The position numbers were made by a program, and so were the translations under genes. A stretch of 62,270 nt of DNA, counting the filler, from an uncultured bacterium (GTDB taxonomy: Bacteria > CAYJOG01): assembly GCA_964371695.1 (NCBI GenBank). It is 7 parts of 7 records of this genome, joined end to end, with 100 filler letters (N's around TTAATTAATTAA, not from the genome) between each part and the next. Parts side by side here need not be neighbours in the genome. Positions count along the whole stretch, not along the records: positions 53,516 to 62,270 come from CAYJOG010000092.1; 6 more parts are not named here. One strand, written 5' to 3'. Of this stretch, positions 59,897-62,270 are shown in pieces (within the stretch, counting starts at the first letter, position 1; each line of letters opens with the position of its first letter). Below the pieces are notes generated by a model. The model searched no databases. It had not been told where the DNA came from and saw only the letters and a list, made by a program, of their open reading frames with translations.

Positions 59897-60410
59897 CGAA
59901 ACAAACACCAGCTTGAGCGACAGTGGTCTGGCGGAACTGAAGGACTTCACCCTGAAGCTGGTGCAGCGCATTGACCCCCTGGCCGAGTTGGACATGCGCC
60001 TGCAGGCTCCCCTTGAAGAAACAGAGGGCCACCCCGGTTATGTGGAACTCGACGCCACCGGCCCGGACCTGGACTGCCTGCTGACCCGGTCTGCCGACGG
60101 ACTGATCGCCCTGGAATATCTGCTGAATGTCATCTTTCGCCGCGACCCCCCCGTGGTGAAGGAACGCATTCTGATGGACATCAACGGTTACAAGGAGCGC
60201 CGCCGGGATGAAGTGCGCAAGCTGGCCAACCAGCGGGCCAACGAAGTGGCGCGCATGGGGCGTGAAAAAGCCCTTTACGGCCTTACCCCCGCCGAGCGGC
60301 GCGAGGTGCATACGGCGCTGTCCATGCGGGAAGACGTGACCACCTTCAGCGAAGGCGAAGGCGACGAGCGGCGTCTGATCATCGCACCCTCCAATCAGAC
60401 CTTGTCGTAA
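59889..60410 (+). CDS. jag: Jag/EloR-like KH-R3H RNA-binding protein lacking the Jag_N domain
   Basis: D.NGY..RR, ERR.VH..L and SEGEG..R motifs; follows yidC. Confidence 0.8.
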   Translation: MASETNTSLSDSGLAELKDFTLKLVQRIDPLAELDMRLQAPLEETEGHPGYVELDATGPDLDCLLTRSADGLIALEYLLNVIFRRDPPVVKERILMDINGYKERRRDEVRKLANQRANEVARMGREKALYGLTPAERREVHTALSMREDVTTFSEGEGDERRLIIAPSNQTLS

Positions 60411-60455
60411 CCCGGCCGGTGGTTCATCTGATATGAAATGCGTCGCAGCGATGCC

Positions 60456-60605
60456 CATTGCTGTCAGGTTTATCCGAACAGCGGCGACGCCCCCGTCGCC
60501 GTGAATGGCAAAAACACCGATTTTACTTGGGCTGTTGCGCGACGGGGGGCGTCGCGCCTACTCCTCATACCAATGAACATTCAAAACAGCATGAATGTTC
60601 ATTGG
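60456..60605. repeat. MITE end, an uninterrupted REP doublet (empty-site form of 48108-48413) and a 36-bp palindrome
   Basis: CATTGCTGTCAGG (60456); GCGGCGACGCCCCCGTCGCCGTGAATGGCAAAAA…GCGCGACGGGGGGCGTCGCGCCTACTCC; CCAATGAACATTCA…TGAATGTTCATTGG. Confidence 0.8.
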
Positions 60606-60669
60606 ATTCATGGCTGTAGATTGCACGCGACTTGACGGAACAACCCCATCAACGGGAGCATGGGGGCGC

Positions 60670-62157
60670 GTGAAGCTGATCAGCAAGCCTGACCCGGCAC
60701 TGGGTCTTCGCCAGCGACTGGCGCTCACCGCCCTGTGGGCCTGCGGATTGTGGTTCCAGTTGCTGCTGGTTTACATCACGCGGCTGGAGGTGTTCGTGGG
60801 CCTGCTGCCCCTGTTGTGGCTCATGCACTGGCGGGGTGTGTTGCCCCGGCTGATTCACCTTGTGGCGGTGTTTTACACCCTGCTGATGGCGGGCTGGACG
60901 CTCTCGCTCCTGTGGGGCCTCTCACCCTGGCAATGCCTGGCGGTGGTGCTGGGGGTGCTGGGGGTGTGGGCGCGGGCAAGCCGCAAAAAAGAGACGTGGC
61001 GCTGGGGCGTGTTGGGCCTCGCCCTGCTGGTGAATCTGGCCGTGAACCTGAACCAGCGCGACGCCCCGGACCTGGGCCTGCTGGGGCCGGTGCTGCTGGT
61101 TTTTCTGTCCCGGTGGGTCAAAACAAAATGGCTGAGGGGCGCTCCCCTGCCCCGCCTCAGCGCCCTGGCCTCGGTGCTGGCGGTGCTGGCGCTGTTCCGT
61201 TTTCTGCCGTTTTACATCACGCCCGACACGGCCCGCGCCCCGGTGGCAAACAGGCAGCCCGGCGTGGAAGTGGTGTTCGCCAGCGGCAGCCACATCGCGC
61301 TGGACAAAAGCCCCCGCCTGTTTGCCGAGCATTGCGACAGCCAGCACTGGTGGGTGGGCACCTTTGAAACCCCCATGCTCAGCCGCCTCACCAAAGTGGG
61401 TCGCCACACCATGGCCAGCGCCCTGACCGGACGCACCAGCGACCTGATGTGGGAGGACTGCGCCCTGGGGCGCGTGGTGGTGGGCAATTTTCGCCATCAC
61501 AGCCTGCACCTGCTGGACAACCGCACCCTGAAGGAATACTGGCGGCAGGAAAAAATCGGCGGACGCCCCAGCTACATGGCCGCCGCACCGGAAATGCACC
61601 GCGTCTTTTTTTCGGAGGACATCGGCGACACCACCTGGGTGGTGGACTATGACGAACACACCGCCACGCTCACCCGCCACGACCTGCCCGCCGTAGACCT
61701 GCTGTATTCAAAAAACCGTCTTTATGCCGCCCTGCACGGCGCGCTGGCGCGGGTGCATCCAAAAACCATGGCCATTCAGAAACAGGTTTTTCTGCCGGTG
61801 TTCATACAACCCCAACTGACCCTCGATGAAAAACGAAACGTGCTTTATGTGTCGGACATCATTCTGGGACGGGTGTGGCTGTATGACGCAGACAGCCTGC
61901 GCCTGCTGGGGTCGCTGTTTGTCGGCCCCGGTGTGCGTTATGTGGACATGGACGCCGAAGCGGGTGTGCTCTACACGGTCAATTACATGAACGGCTGGCT
62001 CAGCGCCTGGGACACAAAAACCTGGACCCTGCTGGGCCGCCGCTGGGTGGGGCAACGGGGCCGGGCCATCAACCACAGCCACGACGGCAAAAAGCTGCTA
62101 TTCGCCACACGGGTGGGTTTGATGGCCGTTACGAAGAACTTCTGGAGATCAAAATAA
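60670..62157 (+). CDS. Membrane protein with a C-terminal YVTN/NHL-like beta-propeller (start uncertain)
   Basis: Several N-terminal TM helices, then repeated LYV.D…G.V..YD-type blades. Confidence 0.65.
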   Translation: MKLISKPDPALGLRQRLALTALWACGLWFQLLLVYITRLEVFVGLLPLLWLMHWRGVLPRLIHLVAVFYTLLMAGWTLSLLWGLSPWQCLAVVLGVLGVWARASRKKETWRWGVLGLALLVNLAVNLNQRDAPDLGLLGPVLLVFLSRWVKTKWLRGAPLPRLSALASVLAVLALFRFLPFYITPDTARAPVANRQPGVEVVFASGSHIALDKSPRLFAEHCDSQHWWVGTFETPMLSRLTKVGRHTMASALTGRTSDLMWEDCALGRVVVGNFRHHSLHLLDNRTLKEYWRQEKIGGRPSYMAAAPEMHRVFFSEDIGDTTWVVDYDEHTATLTRHDLPAVDLLYSKNRLYAALHGALARVHPKTMAIQKQVFLPVFIQPQLTLDEKRNVLYVSDIILGRVWLYDADSLRLLGSLFVGPGVRYVDMDAEAGVLYTVNYMNGWLSAWDTKTWTLLGRRWVGQRGRAINHSHDGKKLLFATRVGLMAVTKNFWRSK

Positions 62158-62196
62158 TGTCACTGATCGGAGAACCCGGAGTAGCGGCGATGTCCT

Positions 62197-62270
62197 CATC
62201 GCTGTCAGGTTATTGGTAGCCCCGGCGTCTCGCCGGGAGAATAAAAACCGCCGCAGGCGGCACAAAATAG
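62197..62270. mobile_element. Start of a third MITE-related copy in reverse orientation, abutting a GTAG-REP (truncated by the window)
   Basis: CATCGCTGTCAGGTTATTGGTAGCCCCGGCGTCTCGCCGGGAG approximates the reverse complement of the right end of the 16993 and 48188 elements. Confidence 0.7.

Noticed and set aside
1-62270. tRNA, rRNA, tmRNA, riboswitches, prophage or autonomous transposase
   Set aside because: None recognised by eye, including no clear cobalamin or SAM riboswitch before metH; a covariance-model search would be needed to exclude them.

Overview
This window is not one contiguous locus. It is seven contigs of about 8.8 kb, apparently sorted by size, from a GC-rich draft or metagenome-assembled bacterial genome, joined by artificial N-TTAATTAATTAA-N linkers, so neighbourhoods hold only within a contig. 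Housekeeping genes include ruvB, dapB (with an in-frame TAA), hisI, sepF-proC-uppP-ftsK-gmhA, hldD, metH, gshB, glmM, smpB and rpmH-rnpA-yidD-yidC-jag. Motility and signalling genes include flagellin, PilT, MCP-CheB, an HD-GYP protein, a histidine kinase with a sigma-54 regulator, and a KaiC-like/RsbW-like module. There are also envelope genes and small accessory modules: a MazEF-type pair, a HEPN pair and an AT-rich restriction-modification cassette. Four things stand out. (1) A non-coding repeat system in which a ~210-bp non-autonomous element with IS4-like ends carries its own REP pair and inserts into GTAG-REP hairpins with 11-bp target duplications, sometimes nested; empty target sites are visible elsewhere in the window. 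(2) An integrase-free R-M cassette flanked by a 73-bp duplication of the 3' end of a sigma-54 activator gene. (3) A KaiC-like ATPase operon with two small membrane proteins and a REC-RsbW kinase. (4) A ~1080-aa SprA-like beta-barrel in an organism that does not look like Bacteroidetes. All protein calls come from reading motifs by eye; no database searches were run.
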